DNA from: the human T2T-CHM13v2.0 reference genome, Homo sapiens
Strand: one strand, 5' to 3'
NCBI RefSeq assembly: GCF_009914755.1
Contig: NC_060927.1
DNA length: 64,000 bases
The position numbers and the translations under genes are program-made. Positions 1-13,210 of this stretch are shown here, piece after piece (position 1 is the first letter of the stretch; the number at the start of each line of letters is the position of its first letter). The notes under the pieces are model-generated. The model was not told the origin of the DNA, searched no databases, and was given only the letters and a program-made list of their open reading frames with translations.

Positions 1-1462
1 TTGGTCTTTTCACATAGTCCCATATTTCTTGGAGGCTTTATTCATTTCTTTTTATTCTTTTTTCTCTAAACTTCTCTTCTCACTTCATTTCATTCATTTG
101 ATCTTCCATCACTGATATCCTTTCTTCCAGTTGATCAAATCGGCTACTGAGGCTTGTGCGTTCATCACGTAGTTCTTGTGCCATGGTTTTCAGCTCCCTC
201 AGGTCCTTTAAGGACTTCTCTGCATTGGTTATTCTAGTTAGCCATTCGTCTAAGTTTTTTTCAAGGTTTTTAACTTCTTTGCCATGGGTTCGAACTTCCT
301 CCTTTAGCTCAGAGATGTTTGATCATCTGAAGCCGTCTTCTCTCAACTCGTCAAAGTCATTCTCCATCCAGCTTTGTTCCATTGCTGGTGAGGAGCTGCA
401 TTCCTTTAGAGAAGGAGAGGCACTCTGATTTAGAGTTTCCAGTTTTTCTGCTCTGTTTTTTCCCCATCTTTGTGGTTTTATCTACCTTTGGTCTTTAATG
501 ATGGTGACGTACAGATGGGGTTTTGGTGTGGATGTCCTTTGTGTTTGTTACTTTTCCTTCTAACAGTCAGGACCCTCAGCTGCAGGTCTGTTGGAGTTTG
601 CTGGAGGTCCACTCCAGACCCTGTTTGCCTGGGTATCAGCAGTGGAGGCTGCACAACAGCGGATATTGGTGAACAGCAAATGTTGCTACCTGATCGTTCC
701 TCTGGAAGTTTTGTCTCAGAGGAGTACCTAGCCATTTGAGGTGTCAGTCTGTCCCTACTGGGGGGTGCCTCCCAGTTAGGCTACTCGGGGGTCAGGGACC
801 CACTTGAGGAGGCAGTTTGTCCATTCTCAGATGTCCAGCTGTGTGCTAGGAGAACCACTACTCTCTTCAAAGCTATCAGAGAGGGACATTTAAGTCTGCA
901 GAGGATTCTGCTGCCTTTTGTTTGGCAATGTCCTGCCCCCAGAGGTGGCATCTGCAGAAGCAGGCAGGCCTCCTTGAGCTGCAGTGGGCTCCACCCAGTT
1001 CGATCTTCCTGGCCGCTTTGTTTACCTACTCAAGCCTAAGCAATGGCGGGTCCCCCTCCCCCAGCCTTGTTGCTGCCTTGCAGTTTGATCTCAGACTGCT
1101 GTGCTAGCAGTGAGTGAGGCTCCGTGGTCGTAGGACCCTCCAAGCCAGGCGCTGGATATAATCTCCTGGTGTGCCGTTTGCTAAGATCGTTGGAAAAGCA
1201 CAGTATTAGGGTGGGAGTGACCCGATTTTCCAGGCGCCGTCTGTCACCCCTTTCTTTGACTAGGATAGGGAATTCCCTAACCCCTTGTGCTTCCCAGGTG
1301 AGGCAATGCCTTGCCCTGCTTCAGCTCACACTTGGTGCGCTGCACCCACTGTCCTGCACCCACTTTCTGACACTCCCCAGTGAGATGAACCCGGTACCTC
1401 AGTTGGAAATGCAGAAATCACCCGTCTTCTGCGTCACTCATGCTGGGAGCTGTAGATTGGAG
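1..1462 (-). mobile_element. L1PA (approx. PA4-PA6) 5'UTR and start of ORF1; continues off the left end; first ~30-35 nt missing
   Basis: Reverse complement aligns to 46340-47800; retains the 129-bp 5'UTR segment absent from L1HS/PA2. Confidence 0.93.
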
Positions 1463-1509
1463 TCTAGCATTTCTTTAAATGTTAAATGTGCATCCTTCGA
1501 GCTGGAGAG

Positions 1510-1590
1510 CTCCACATGGCTGGGGAGGCCTCAAGAAACTTACAGTCATGGTGGACAGCACCTCTTCACAGGGCAGCAGGAGAGAGAATC
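1510..1590 (+). mobile_element. Short MaLR (MST/THE1-like) LTR fragment
   Basis: cacatggctggggaggcctcaagaaacttacagtcatgg...cttcacagggcagcaggagagagaat resembles MST/THE1 LTR. Confidence 0.6.
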
Positions 1591-2297
1591 CCACATTGTG
1601 TTTTCAGTGCAAGTTTTCACCTGTGAATTGTCTTTGGTTGATCTCTTGATTGGTAATATTTTTTATAGACACAGGATTTTAAAATTGATTTCTATATTTC
1701 TATATTTTGAACATTATTTCTCCTTTAATGAATTGATCAATTAAATTCTATTATTATTACTTATTCAATAATTTTTAAATTTTTAATATTTATCTCAAAA
1801 TTCAATTTTTAAATTTATCTCAAAAGTATTTTTCAAATTTTAACCATGGTCTTAATAGTAGTGATTAAATAATCATATATGTTATGATTAAAGTTTTATC
1901 TATTAAAATCTGTAAGAAGAATAGGCTTTATATCAAAATTATTCATCTAGTTCCAGTGATTTATGTTTGTTGTTCAGACAGTACAATGCTCTTTTTATTG
2001 TTATTGCTATGTAACATATCTTAATTTTGGGGAAGAGCTAGTAATTCCCTCATTAACCTTTTTTCATATCATTTTGATAATTATGCACTTTTGTTCTTAT
2101 GGATGAAATATATAATAATTTAAAAGTGTAACTTCAATATTGTCTGTCTGAACTCATACATTGAATAGCAAATATGGCAGTTAAAAGGATTCCTCAATAT
2201 ATTAGGCAGAATGCAAACAACAGTTTCCAAATACACATATGGCTATTTTATAAAGGGAAAGTAAGTTTTCACAATTGCTGAAAGAAGTCTAACTCAC

Positions 2298-2424
2298 CTA
2301 TTAATCCTGGTGTAAGATAACTTTTATGTTTAGGAACAAACTTTCTAATATTCCTTCTGAATGTTTTCATGTTAATCGGAGTTTGAATAATCACTACTTT
2401 TGTGAAATCTTCAATACTTTGTAT
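2298..2424 (-). CDS. SLC9C1: SLC9C1 coding exon (~exon 26), 127 nt, IQSIEDFTKVVIIQTPINMKTFRRNIRKFVPKHKSYLTPGLI(G)
   Basis: Acceptor ctttcag|ATA, donor G|gtgagt. Confidence 0.93.
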
Positions 2425-3397
2425 CTGAAAGTTGACAGAATGCAAGTTAATTTCTGAGCAAATATCCTACAATTAAAAATTTACCTAGTAAGCTGCTATT
2501 TCTGGCTTTCTCTAGGTATCTGGGAAAAATGGAAAATATTAACAAATCAACACAAATAAGATTAATATCTTAAAATACTTGGATATGTTGGTTTTGTAAA
2601 AGTCACTATTCCATATACATTCATTGATTTTTAAATATTTCTATTCCATATGAAAAAAATGATTAAGAATGAATTACCAATGGCCCTTTAAAAATCATCC
2701 AGAGACTTTTTCCACATGGCAGAAAGAAAGTTTAATGAAAAGAGTATTTCAAAATATTCTTTTCATTAAACTTTCTTTCTGCCATATAGAAATATTTCAA
2801 AATATTCTTCCACCTTGTGGTTGTTTTCAATATAGTTTGAATCACACTGGTACCCAAATCCACAATGAGTAGGGCTCTGTTTCTAGGAAAGTAGATAGAG
2901 TTTATCAGGCTTCAGGCTCCTGCTTGGCTGTCTAAATTCTCAACAAGCACCCACACCAAATCTCTGTTACATGTTCAAGGATAGAGGTAGAGAGCAGCGT
3001 AGCGGAGAATGTTTCACTTCCTCTCATTAAGCATTATGTCAGTGCTGGTGATGTCCACTTAGAAAATTTTCTTGTGATCCTTTCTCACCTTGGGATCCCT
3101 CCCATTCCCATTACACTTTTTTCTTATGTCCAAAATCTACCCTGTAAGTGCTTTTATCCTAGCTGTAAAACATCTTATTAATATCTTTACTTATTTGTTT
3201 CTTTTCACTTGGTTGAGAGATCTCTTGAGGATAAGTTGTAAGTATCATTTTTTTTATCATTTCAATATATAGCACTGTATTCCAGCATATTTTAAATAAC
3301 TCTGAGTCCTCTTTGAATTACTTTTTGTAGCTGTGTCTTTTATGTGCCCTGATTCCTATTGACATGTGCCTCTCTGATTCTCCCCCAACACAAAACA

Positions 3398-3400
<3 letters not shown>

Positions 3401-3439
<39 letters not shown>
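3401..3439 (+). repeat. (CA)n microsatellite
   Basis: ~19 pure CA units. Confidence 0.95.
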
Positions 3440-3441
<2 letters not shown>

Positions 3442-3949
3442 CTTCTTTCCTTCTTTACATGGCTCAGGTTCTCATTTTGATTGGCAGGGGAACTCAATTA
3501 GCAATTTAAATATGAGAAGACATTCACTTTCAAAGCAGCTGTGGGAATACTACTAATACTCAATTCAGCATCAGTCTGGCAGAACCTTTCTAGAGCATTG
3601 TTGATACAGTTTTTCTGCAACATGTGAGTAAAATAAATGCACCCTCTTTTGCAATGAATAACTGTACCAAAATCTAACTGTAACCAAAATGTCCAGCTTG
3701 GCCTTCATAGGCATTGGATGGGAATAGCTTGTGCTTGGGCTAGCAAGTGCCAAAGCAGTCAATGAACTTGGTGTGTGTGGGCCTATGTGGGTGTGGTTGT
3801 GGGTATGAGTGAGTGTTTATGGAGTGGTGGGAAAAGGGAGAAGATTGGAAGATGAAAAGCTTAAGATTATAGTGACAGTTTTTCTGACGTTAATACATTG
3901 TTGGACATATGGCATATTGATCTGAAGACAGGAATCAATATTTCTTTAC

Positions 3950-4135
3950 CTGATGGCATGTTATAGGAATTAAGAAAGGTGCTCTATAAGTTTTTCGTAA
4001 CAGACAATCTTCTACAGCTCCATGTATGAGGATAACATAGATTAGATTTTCATCATAAATATCAGTTTTGGTACTCATTGGTATATCTACTACATAAATA
4101 TTAGAGAGCTTTAGTTGCATATTGTAGTTCCAATC
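3950..4135 (-). CDS. SLC9C1: SLC9C1 coding exon (~exon 25), 186 nt, DWNYNMQLKLSNIYVVDIP...APFLIPITCHQ
   Basis: ORF 3935..4153; acceptor aaacag|GAT, donor CAG|gtaaag; 134-nt intron to the previous exon. Confidence 0.94.
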
Positions 4136-4233
4136 CTGTTTTAGAAAACACAATTTCAGTCTATTATTAGTCTATGAAGTTCAGTATATATTCATAAATA
4201 GTCAATTATAATGTTTTAATGCCATTCCATTCA

Positions 4234-4449
<216 letters not shown>

Positions 4450-4561
4450 TTAAGGAATAAAGTTTTTTTGTTTATGTACACTATTAAAGCTAATAATTTA
4501 ATTAGGTAAGATTCACATAATAGCATGGAAACTTAGTAAAATGTGTCTATCAATGAAAATT

Positions 4562-5381
4562 GGTGTGTCCTTTCCCTATGTTGTTGTTGACTTTGTCAAA
4601 ATCAGTTGGCTGTAAAATGTGGCTTTATTTCTGGGTTTTTAAATTCTGTTCCATTGATGTATGTGTATATTTGTAAACCAGTTTCATGCTGTTTTGATTA
4701 CTATATCTTTATAGTATAATTTGAAGTTAGGTGATGTGATTCCCCCAGCTTTGTTCTTTTTGCTTAGGATTGCTTTGGATATTTGAGCTCTTTTTTGGTT
4801 CCATATGAATTTTAGGATAGTTTTTTCCAATTCTGTGAAAATCAGGGCATTTTGATAGATATTGCATTCAATCTATAGGTTGCTTTGGGCAGTGTGGTCA
4901 CTTCAACAGTACTAATTCTTCTGATCCATGAGCATAGGATGTTTTTCATTTGTTTGTGTCATCTAAAATTTCTTTCCATAAATGGTATTGGGAAAATTTG
5001 ATTGCTTTATGCAAAACAATAATACTGGACCCTTTATCTCTCACCACATTAAAAAAAATCAACTCAACATGGATTAAAGAGTTAAACGTTAGATCCTAAA
5101 CTATAAACATGCTGGAAGGAAACCTAGAGAAAAGTCTTCTAGACATTGGTGTAGGCAAAGAATTCATGACTAAAACCTCAAAAGCACAGGCAACAAGAAC
5201 AAAAATAGACAAATGGAACATAATTGAACTAAATAGCTTCTGTACCACAAAAATAAATAAATAATCAAGTGAACAGGCAACCTATTCACTGGGAGAAACA
5301 AAAACCCTGCAGAATGGGAGAATATATTTGCAAACTATGCGTCTGACAATGGACCAATGTCCAGAATTTACAAGGAACTCG
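4562..5381. mobile_element. Old L1 ORF2 fragment with internal inversion (4562-4977 minus, 4978-5381 plus)
   Basis: Orientation switches at ~4978; the two pieces are nearly adjacent in L1 ORF2 coordinates. Confidence 0.75.
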
Positions 5382-8340
5382 AATAGCCTTTCTGACTAGT
5401 GTAAGGTGGTATCTCATTGTAGTTTTCATGTGCATTTTTCTGATGATTAATGATTTTGAACATTGTTTATATACCTGTTGGCCATTTGTATGTCTTCTTT
5501 TGAGAAATGTTTATTCAGGTCCTTTGCTTATTTTTAATTGTATTATTTATTTTCTTGCTGTTGAGCTTTTGAGTTCCTTATATATTTTAGATACAAACCC
5601 ATTATCAGATGTATGATTTACACATATTTTTTATAAGATAAAATATAGAAAACAAATTACTAACAATTATTTGACCTTTTTAGATAAATATATGCATCTA
5701 TAAATATGTTATTTGAGGGGAGCAAACTTTTTAGGCAAAAATAAAATGCTTATGCTAAAAGTGAACAGATCATTGGTTACTAAGAATAAAACTTCTATGA
5801 ATAGTCAAAAACAAGTTTTGTGTACATTGGATTTTATTTCTCTTGGGTCAGTATCTTTTTTTGTGTGTAGTATAGGACATGTATATTTAACTTTTGTAAG
5901 CAACTGACAAACTGTTTCAGACCAAAACCACTGTTCAAATTAAAACTCTGTTTCAGAAGTTGTTGCAACATTTTACACTCTCATCAGCCATGTATGAAAA
6001 TTTCAGCTGGGCGTGGTGGCTCATGCCTGTAATCTTAGCACTTTGGGAGGCTGAGGCGGGCTGAGCCCCTGAGGTCAGGAGTTGGAGACCAGCCTAGCCA
6101 ACATGGCGAAATGCCGTCTCTACTAAAAATACAAAAATTATCTGGGCATGGTGGCACGTGACTGTAATCCTAGCTACTCGGGAGGCTGAGGCAGGAGAAT
6201 CACTTGAATCCGGGAGGCGGAGGTTGCAGTGAGCTGAGATTGGGAGCCATTGCACTCCAGCCTGGGCAACAGAGTGAGACTCTGTCAGAAAAAAAAAAGA
6301 AAAGAAAAGAAAAGAAAATTTTAGTTGCTCCACGTCCTTGCCAATACCTGTTATTCAGTGTTTTTATTTTTAGGCAATGTAGTAGGTGTGTATTGACGTA
6401 CCACTGTGGGTTTAATTTGCATGTTTCTGGCAGCTAATGATGGTGAACATCTTCATGTGTTTATTGGCCATTTGTATATTCTTTGTAAAGTGTCTGTTCA
6501 CATTCTTTGCCCAGTTTTTAATTCAGTAGTTTGTCTTCTTATTTTTGAATTGTTAAGAGTTATTTATAGATTCTATTATCAAATCCTTTTCTTGGGGAAC
6601 TTTTGAAAAATCCCTAAGCCCATGACTCATATTTTTCCCTGAGCCTGCTGCTCATATTTTTTGTGATGTCTTTTGAAGAGCAGAAGATTTTTAATTTTGG
6701 TGACATCCAATTTATCAATATTTCGTTTTATGGTTAGTACTTAAAAAAATCCTGGCTAAGAAATCTTTGCCTACCTTAAGTTCTCCTATGTTTTCTTCTA
6801 TAATTTATATAGTTCTATCTTTCATGTTAAAGTATATGATCATGCCACATTACATTTTGGGCCTAGTACATGGGGATCAAGGTTCATTGCTTCTGCATGG
6901 ATATTCAGTGTTTTCAGGATTATTTGTTGAAAATATTGTAATTTTTCCATTGAGATAATTTGATCCTTTGTCAAAAATCTATTGACTATGTATGTGTGGA
7001 TTTATTTATGGATTCTCTTTTCTGTTGTATTGATCTCTACATCTTAACCTAAAGCCAACATCATGTGGCCTTAATTACACAGGATGTATGCCTTTAAATC
7101 AGGTAGTGTAAATCATCTAACTTTTTTATATTTGTTTTGCCTATTATAGGTCCTCTGCATTTTCATATATATTCTACAAAAAGAGTCTGTGGAGAGTTGG
7201 ATTGAGGTTGTATTAAATCTATAGATCAATTTTTGAAGAATGGATATCTTAATAATATTATGGGCTCTAATCCACAAATACGGTGTACTTCTCCATTTAT
7301 TTAATCTTTTTTCAGTTATCTAGGAAATATTCTATGGTTTTCATTGTAGAGTTATTCCACGTATTTCATTAACTTTATCTCTTTTATATTTTGATTATTT
7401 TTGTAAAAAGAATTAAAAATTTTATTTCCAGTTGTTTGTTACTAGTATATGAAAACACAATTAATTTTTGGAATTTGGACTTGTATTTTACCATCTTACT
7501 AAATTCATTATAAATTCTAGTTATTTTTGGTAGAATCTTACAAATGTAGATATCATGCCATCTTGCAGAGACAATTTTAGTGCTTTCTTTGTAATTTTTA
7601 TGTCAGTTTACTTCTTTTTCTAGCCCTATTGTACTAGTTAACAACTCCAATATAATACTGAATGGAAGTGGTGAGAGTGGACATTCTTGTCTTGCTCTCA
7701 GTCTTACCGTCTTAGTTTTTCATCACTAGATGTGATGTTAGCTGTAAATTTATAATAAATGCCCCTTATTGAGTTCAGGAAGTTGCATTCTATTCTGAGT
7801 TTTTGGAGATTTTTTAAAAGAATGTTACATTTTGTAAAATTCTCTTTGTTCTATATCTACTTGAATATCTTATATAAATTTTCTGTTTTTTTCTTATAAT
7901 GTGTTGAATCACAATGGTTGATTTTCAAATGTCGAATCAATCTTATATTCCTAAAATAAAGCTCATTTATTTAGTTTTGATGTCTAATCCTTTTAATATA
8001 TTCTTAGATTCAACTTGCTAGTATCTTATTAATGATTTTTTTGTGTCCACATTAATGTGGGATTATTGGTCTGTAATTTTCTTTTGCTGAAATGTTTTTT
8101 CAAGGTTTAGTATTTGTTTGCACTGGCCCCATAAAATGCACTGGAAAGCTTTTTTTCCTCCTTTGTTTCCTGACAAAGTCTGTGTAAGATTCATATTATT
8201 TCTTCCTGAAATATTTGATAAAACTCATCAGTAAAACCATCTGGCATGGAGTTGTTTTTGTGGGAAGGACACAAATTCCAAAAATCTCAGTATGTATAGT
8301 ACTATTAAAAAGTTCTAGTCCTTAAGTAAATTTTGACGTG
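5382..8340 (-). mobile_element. Degenerate L1M ORF2/3' fragments interrupted by an Alu
   Basis: Recurrent L1M antisense motifs (ggtatctcattgtagtttt, ttggccatttgtat, gtggtgagagtggacattcttgtcttg). Confidence 0.7.
6006..6318 (+). mobile_element. AluS
   Basis: Full dimer, A-rich tail, decayed TSD aaaatttcag/aaaattttag. Confidence 0.93.
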
Positions 8341-8354
8341 TGTGCTTTTTAAAA

Positions 8355-11300
8355 TTTTTTCATTTAGGTTTAAGGATAGAAGTGCAGGTTTGTTATATAG
8401 GTAAATTACATTTCGCAGGGATCTGGTGTACAGATCATTTTATCACCCAGGTAATAAGCATAATGGTACATGATAAGTAGTTTTTTGATCCTTACCTTCC
8501 TCCCTACACTCCACTCTCAAGTAGGCTCTGGTGTATCTTGCTCCCTTTTTTGTGTCCATATGTACTTGATGTTTAGCTCCCATTTATAAATGAGAACATG
8601 CAGTATTTGCTTTTCTGTTCCTGTGTTAGTTTGCTAAGGATAATAGTGTCCACCTCCATCTATGTTGCTGCAAAGGACATGATCTCATTCTTTTCTATGG
8701 CTGCATAGTATTCCATGGTGTGTATGTACCACATTTTCTTTATCCAGTCTACTGTTGATGGGCATTTAGGTTGATTCCATGTCTTTGCTGTTGTGAATAG
8801 TGCTGCAAAGAACATACACATACATGTGTCTTTATAGTAGAATGATTTATGTTCCTTTCTGTATATACCCAATAACAAAATTGTTGGGTTGAATGGTAAT
8901 TCTGTTTTAAGTTCTCTTAGAAATTGCCAACGTTCTTTCCACAATGGCTGAACTAATTTACATTCCCATCAGTAGGATATAAGCATTCCCTTTTCTCCAC
9001 AGCCTTGCCAGCATCTGTTATTTTTTGACTTTTTAATGATAGTCATTCTGACTGGTGTGAGATGGTATCTCATTGTGTTTTGATTTGTATTTCAAATGTA
9101 AATGGTTAGTGATCGTCAGAATTTTTTCATATGCTTGATGGCCATGTTTACATCTTCTTTAGAAAATTGTCGGTTCATATGGTTTGCCCACTTTTTAATG
9201 GGGTTGTTTGTGTTTTGCTTGTTAATTTGTTTAAGTTTCTTAGAGATTCTGGCTTATAAACCTTTGTCAGATGCATAGTTTGCAAGCATTGTCTTCCATT
9301 CTGTAAGTTGTTGCCCCTGGGGGCTCCACCTCCATGAAATGTGGAGCTGCTGTTACTGGTCAGCTGGAGGGGTGGGTTGTGTGTACTGTTGTCATGACCT
9401 TAGGATTTTTCATGCTGGGGATCAGGGGGCCAAAAGCTCACAGGGAGGAAAGATTGGTCTTTCCTCTGGTAGCAGTGGCATGTGGTAAGCTTGGGTGTAG
9501 CCCTCAGGCTCTTTGTTTCTTCCCCAGACTAAGGGCAGCAGGGATACAACTGTTACTGTGGCAGTGGAGGGAGCGGGGGTGCAGTTGTATGTCTCTAGGA
9601 GCCTCTCCCTGGGCAACCTCTGTGCCACTACCAGTGAGTATGCGCAGTTGTGGATGGAGCAACTGTTCTACTTTCATGACCTGGGGGCCCTGCCTGGTGA
9701 AGAGTTGGGGTGGTGGTTCACCTCCATATGGTGGCTGCCATGTGCTGGAGGTGCCAGCATAATGACTAGGCCCTTTGTTCCTTTCCAGTGTCAGGGCTGT
9801 AAGGGCTGAGCCACTGCAACTGTAGTAGCAGAGGGGTTGTGAGTTGACTCTATGATTTCCTCCTTGAAGAAATGCTGGGCTGTCTTTGATTGTGGTGATC
9901 AGGCAAGGGTTGGGTCATTGTGCTGGAGTCCCAGGCCAGGCAGCCCTGCCCAGTGAGGAAAAGTGAGGATCTGGATCTGCGTGGAGAACAGTCTGGCCAC
10001 TTTTCTGTGAGCTGGTTGCTCTTTGCTGGGGGTCTGGACCAGCCTCTGGTCCCTACAGACTCTCTGGATCCTGGAGACAGCAAGGGCAAGGGCTGCAAGA
10101 CAGCAAGGATAGCAACTCCCCTTCCCAAGGGAGTCCTGTCCAGGGAGTTGCAGAACTGCTACTGGCTCAATAGCCCTGACAAAGGGTGGCTGGAGGCCCA
10201 GGCCTGGAGGACTTGCCCAGTGAGGAGATGTGGGAACTAGCTCCATGTAATAGTCTGGCCACTTTTCCATAGGGCTGCTGCAGTATGCTGGGTGTCCGCT
10301 CCAGTCCCTAGTCACCTCGGACTTTCTAGTGCCTGAAGGTAACAATGAGTGGAGGGTGCGAAACAGCAGAGATGGTGGCCTGCCTCTCCCTCTGAGAGCT
10401 CTGCCCCAGGGAGGTATGAACCTATTGCCAGCCCGAACACACCTGTAGGAGGTAGCTGGAGAACCCGGTCAGGAGGTCCCACCCAGTGAAAAGGAATGGG
10501 ATCAGAGACCTACTTAAAAATAACAGTCTGGCCATGTTTTCATAGAGCAGCTGTGCTAGCTGGAGGTCCACTCCAGCCTTCAGTTGCCTTGGACTCTTCA
10601 AAGCCCGAAGGCAAGAATAGCTAAGTTGACCAAACAGCAAAGATGGTGGTCCACCCTCCCTCTGGGCGCTCTGTAACAAGGAGGTTTGAAACTCAGTTGG
10701 CCAACACCAGCAGGGGTGATTGGAGGACCCCAGTTGGGAGATTCTGCCTAGTGAGGAGAAATGGGATTCGGGATGTGCATGAATAAGAAGTCTGACTGCT
10801 TCTCCATAGTACTGCTGAGCAGTGCTGAGGGACTGCTCTAGTCCCTCATTGCCACCGATTTGCTGGAGCCCTAAGGCAACAGTGGCTGAGGCTGTGAAAC
10901 AGCAAAGGTGGTGGCCCGCCCGACCTGCTGGGAGCTCTTTCTCAGAGAGATGCAATGCTGCTACCCGTGGCTGGCTGGATTTCCAAGCCAGTGGGTCTTA
11001 TCATGTGATGTACCACGGTCCTGCAGACCATCATTGGTCAGTCCCCTGGATTCAGTCCCTTTCTTAGGAGTAGGTATAGGGATCTAACCTCCTGCTGAGG
11101 GTTGCAGCTGCTTTTGCTGGGAGGCCTGGGTATCTAAGGCTCCTAGGGCTCCACATGTGCCTGAGTGGCTGCTCTGCCAAGACTCCACATAGCTCTGCAT
11201 GTCAGACTGCAAACCCTAGTGGAGTGGGTCCTCCTGACTGGAGGGTTGCAAAGATCCATGGGAGAAGCATGGGTTCCTGGGACTCCTCATTCACTCACTG

Positions 11301-11535
11301 CTTCCCTGGGCAGGGGAGGTTCCCCTGACTCTGTGTCACTCCCAGGTGGGTGGTCATCCTGCCTTACTTTTCTCCGTTCTCCGTGAATTGAGTTGTTTCC
11401 TTGATTAGTCCCAATGTGTGTACCTGGATGTTTCAGTTGAAAGTGCTATGTTTACTTGCCCCTTCCATCCCTCTCTGTGAGAGCGGCACACACCAGCTGC
11501 TTCTAGTCAGCCATGTTGGCCACCTCTCTCCAGAA
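8355..11535 (-). mobile_element. Old L1PA (approx. PA13-16) with 3' end (8355-9312) fused directly to its long 5'UTR (9313-11535)
   Basis: ORF 8660..8944 is the ORF2 C-terminus; GC-rich 5'UTR with ~270-bp tandem units; 5' terminus aacatggctgactagaagcagc. Confidence 0.8.
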
Positions 11536-12051
11536 TCGATTTTTAACAACTGGTTTAAAGTCTTTGACCAATCTATAGTCTGGACAATCTCCATGATGGT
11601 TTTTACCGAATGCTTTACTCCTCACCTTTTATACTATAGATCACAATTTCATGCTTCTTTGCTTGTTTTGTAATTCATGGTTGCTCATGATAACACTACA
11701 GAGATTCTAGATTATTTTATCTTCTTCTGAAAATTGTTGATTTTTGTTATAGTAAGCAGTTCATTTACTATCTGATCACACTGAGCTTGTATAGGCTGGG
11801 TTTTACAATTTGCTTGAGTGAATCAGTAGAAAACCTCAGGTATCTAAGACAGTGTAACTTGTCTCCAAACTCTGTCTCCACCATGGGTGCTGTCAGGGCT
11901 TGCTCCAAGGCTTTGTTAGGTCTTAGAATAAGAGCAAGCCTTCTTCTAGGTCATGATTCTTACTCCTAAGGCCTATTCTTTCTGGTCTCTCAGCTGTGGG
12001 CCTGAGATTTTAACAGATCTTTCCTTTCTGTTAGATATCTTGACTTCTTGA

Positions 12052-12380
<329 letters not shown>

Positions 12381-12714
12381 GACTCCTGGTATCTCTCTTC
12401 CTTTCTTAACAATCTGGTAAATCTAGTTGTGTCTCATCCTGGGCATTTGCAGCCTGTCTCTCAACCAAGGACTTGTAGAGAACCACCACACAGGCTACTT
12501 GGGTCTTTCTCCGTGTAAGACTTTGTCTTACTTCCTGCTCTGCAGTTTCTAGCCAAGTTAGCTTCCACAACTTCTGATGTCTCATTTCTCAGCTTAGCAG
12601 GATCGCCATCTTCTGCTTGGATTCTTATTGCATCATGGTCAGGAAATGGTCCTAAGCAGAGGATCGGGGTGAATGTAGGGCTTACCTTGTGAGTTTCTCA
12701 TCTCTTAGTTTTGG

Positions 12715-12815
12715 GTAACATAAGTTTACCTATATAACAAACCTGCACATGTACCCCTGTACCTAAAATAAAAGGATGAAAAAAATTTTTTTTCAAAAAA
12801 AAAAAAAAAATTAAA
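12715..12815 (+). mobile_element. L1PA 3' tip with A tail
   Basis: acctatataacaaacctgcacatgtacccctgtacctaaaataaaag + A-rich tail. Confidence 0.8.
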
Positions 12816-13210
12816 TAGAAAAAAAATCACATTTGCCTCATATATTTTATTAAGTTTTAGGGTTTTTTTTTTATAGCAGATGTGCTGCTCTGTTACTAGT
12901 AACTTCATTATAGCCCAAAGCAGAAGGCTAGAGTGTTTTATGCAAATTCCAGGTATCATAAATATATAATTTTATTTTTAAATATTTTAATGATAGAGAT
13001 ATTTTAAATATATAACATATGTGATTATATGCCAAAAATAAAAATATCATTTAGTATTCTGTTCACATTAAAATGTCCTAAATTATCTCAAATAGGTCTC
13101 TTTATAATTGGTTTGTTCAAATTACAGCAATTGTATTTATTTGGTTATTATATCTCTTAAGTCCATTTTTAATAATTTTTCTTTGCCTTCTTCCCCTCTA
13201 CCACTACATA

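Noticed and set aside
156-1744. Plus-strand ORFs including the 206-aa ORF 1124..1744
   Set aside because: Antisense readings of the L1 5'UTR/ORF1 running into LTR and intron sequence; near-identical peptides recur at 46169-47645.
9940-10810. Spaced repeats superficially like a CRISPR or satellite array
   Set aside because: Diverged ~270-bp monomers internal to an L1 5'UTR in eukaryotic DNA; no cas genes and no unique spacers.
9334-11673. Cluster of 70-177-aa ORFs (likewise 28427..29465)
   Set aside because: GC-rich old L1 5'UTR sequence with few stop codons; no splice-compatible or domain evidence.
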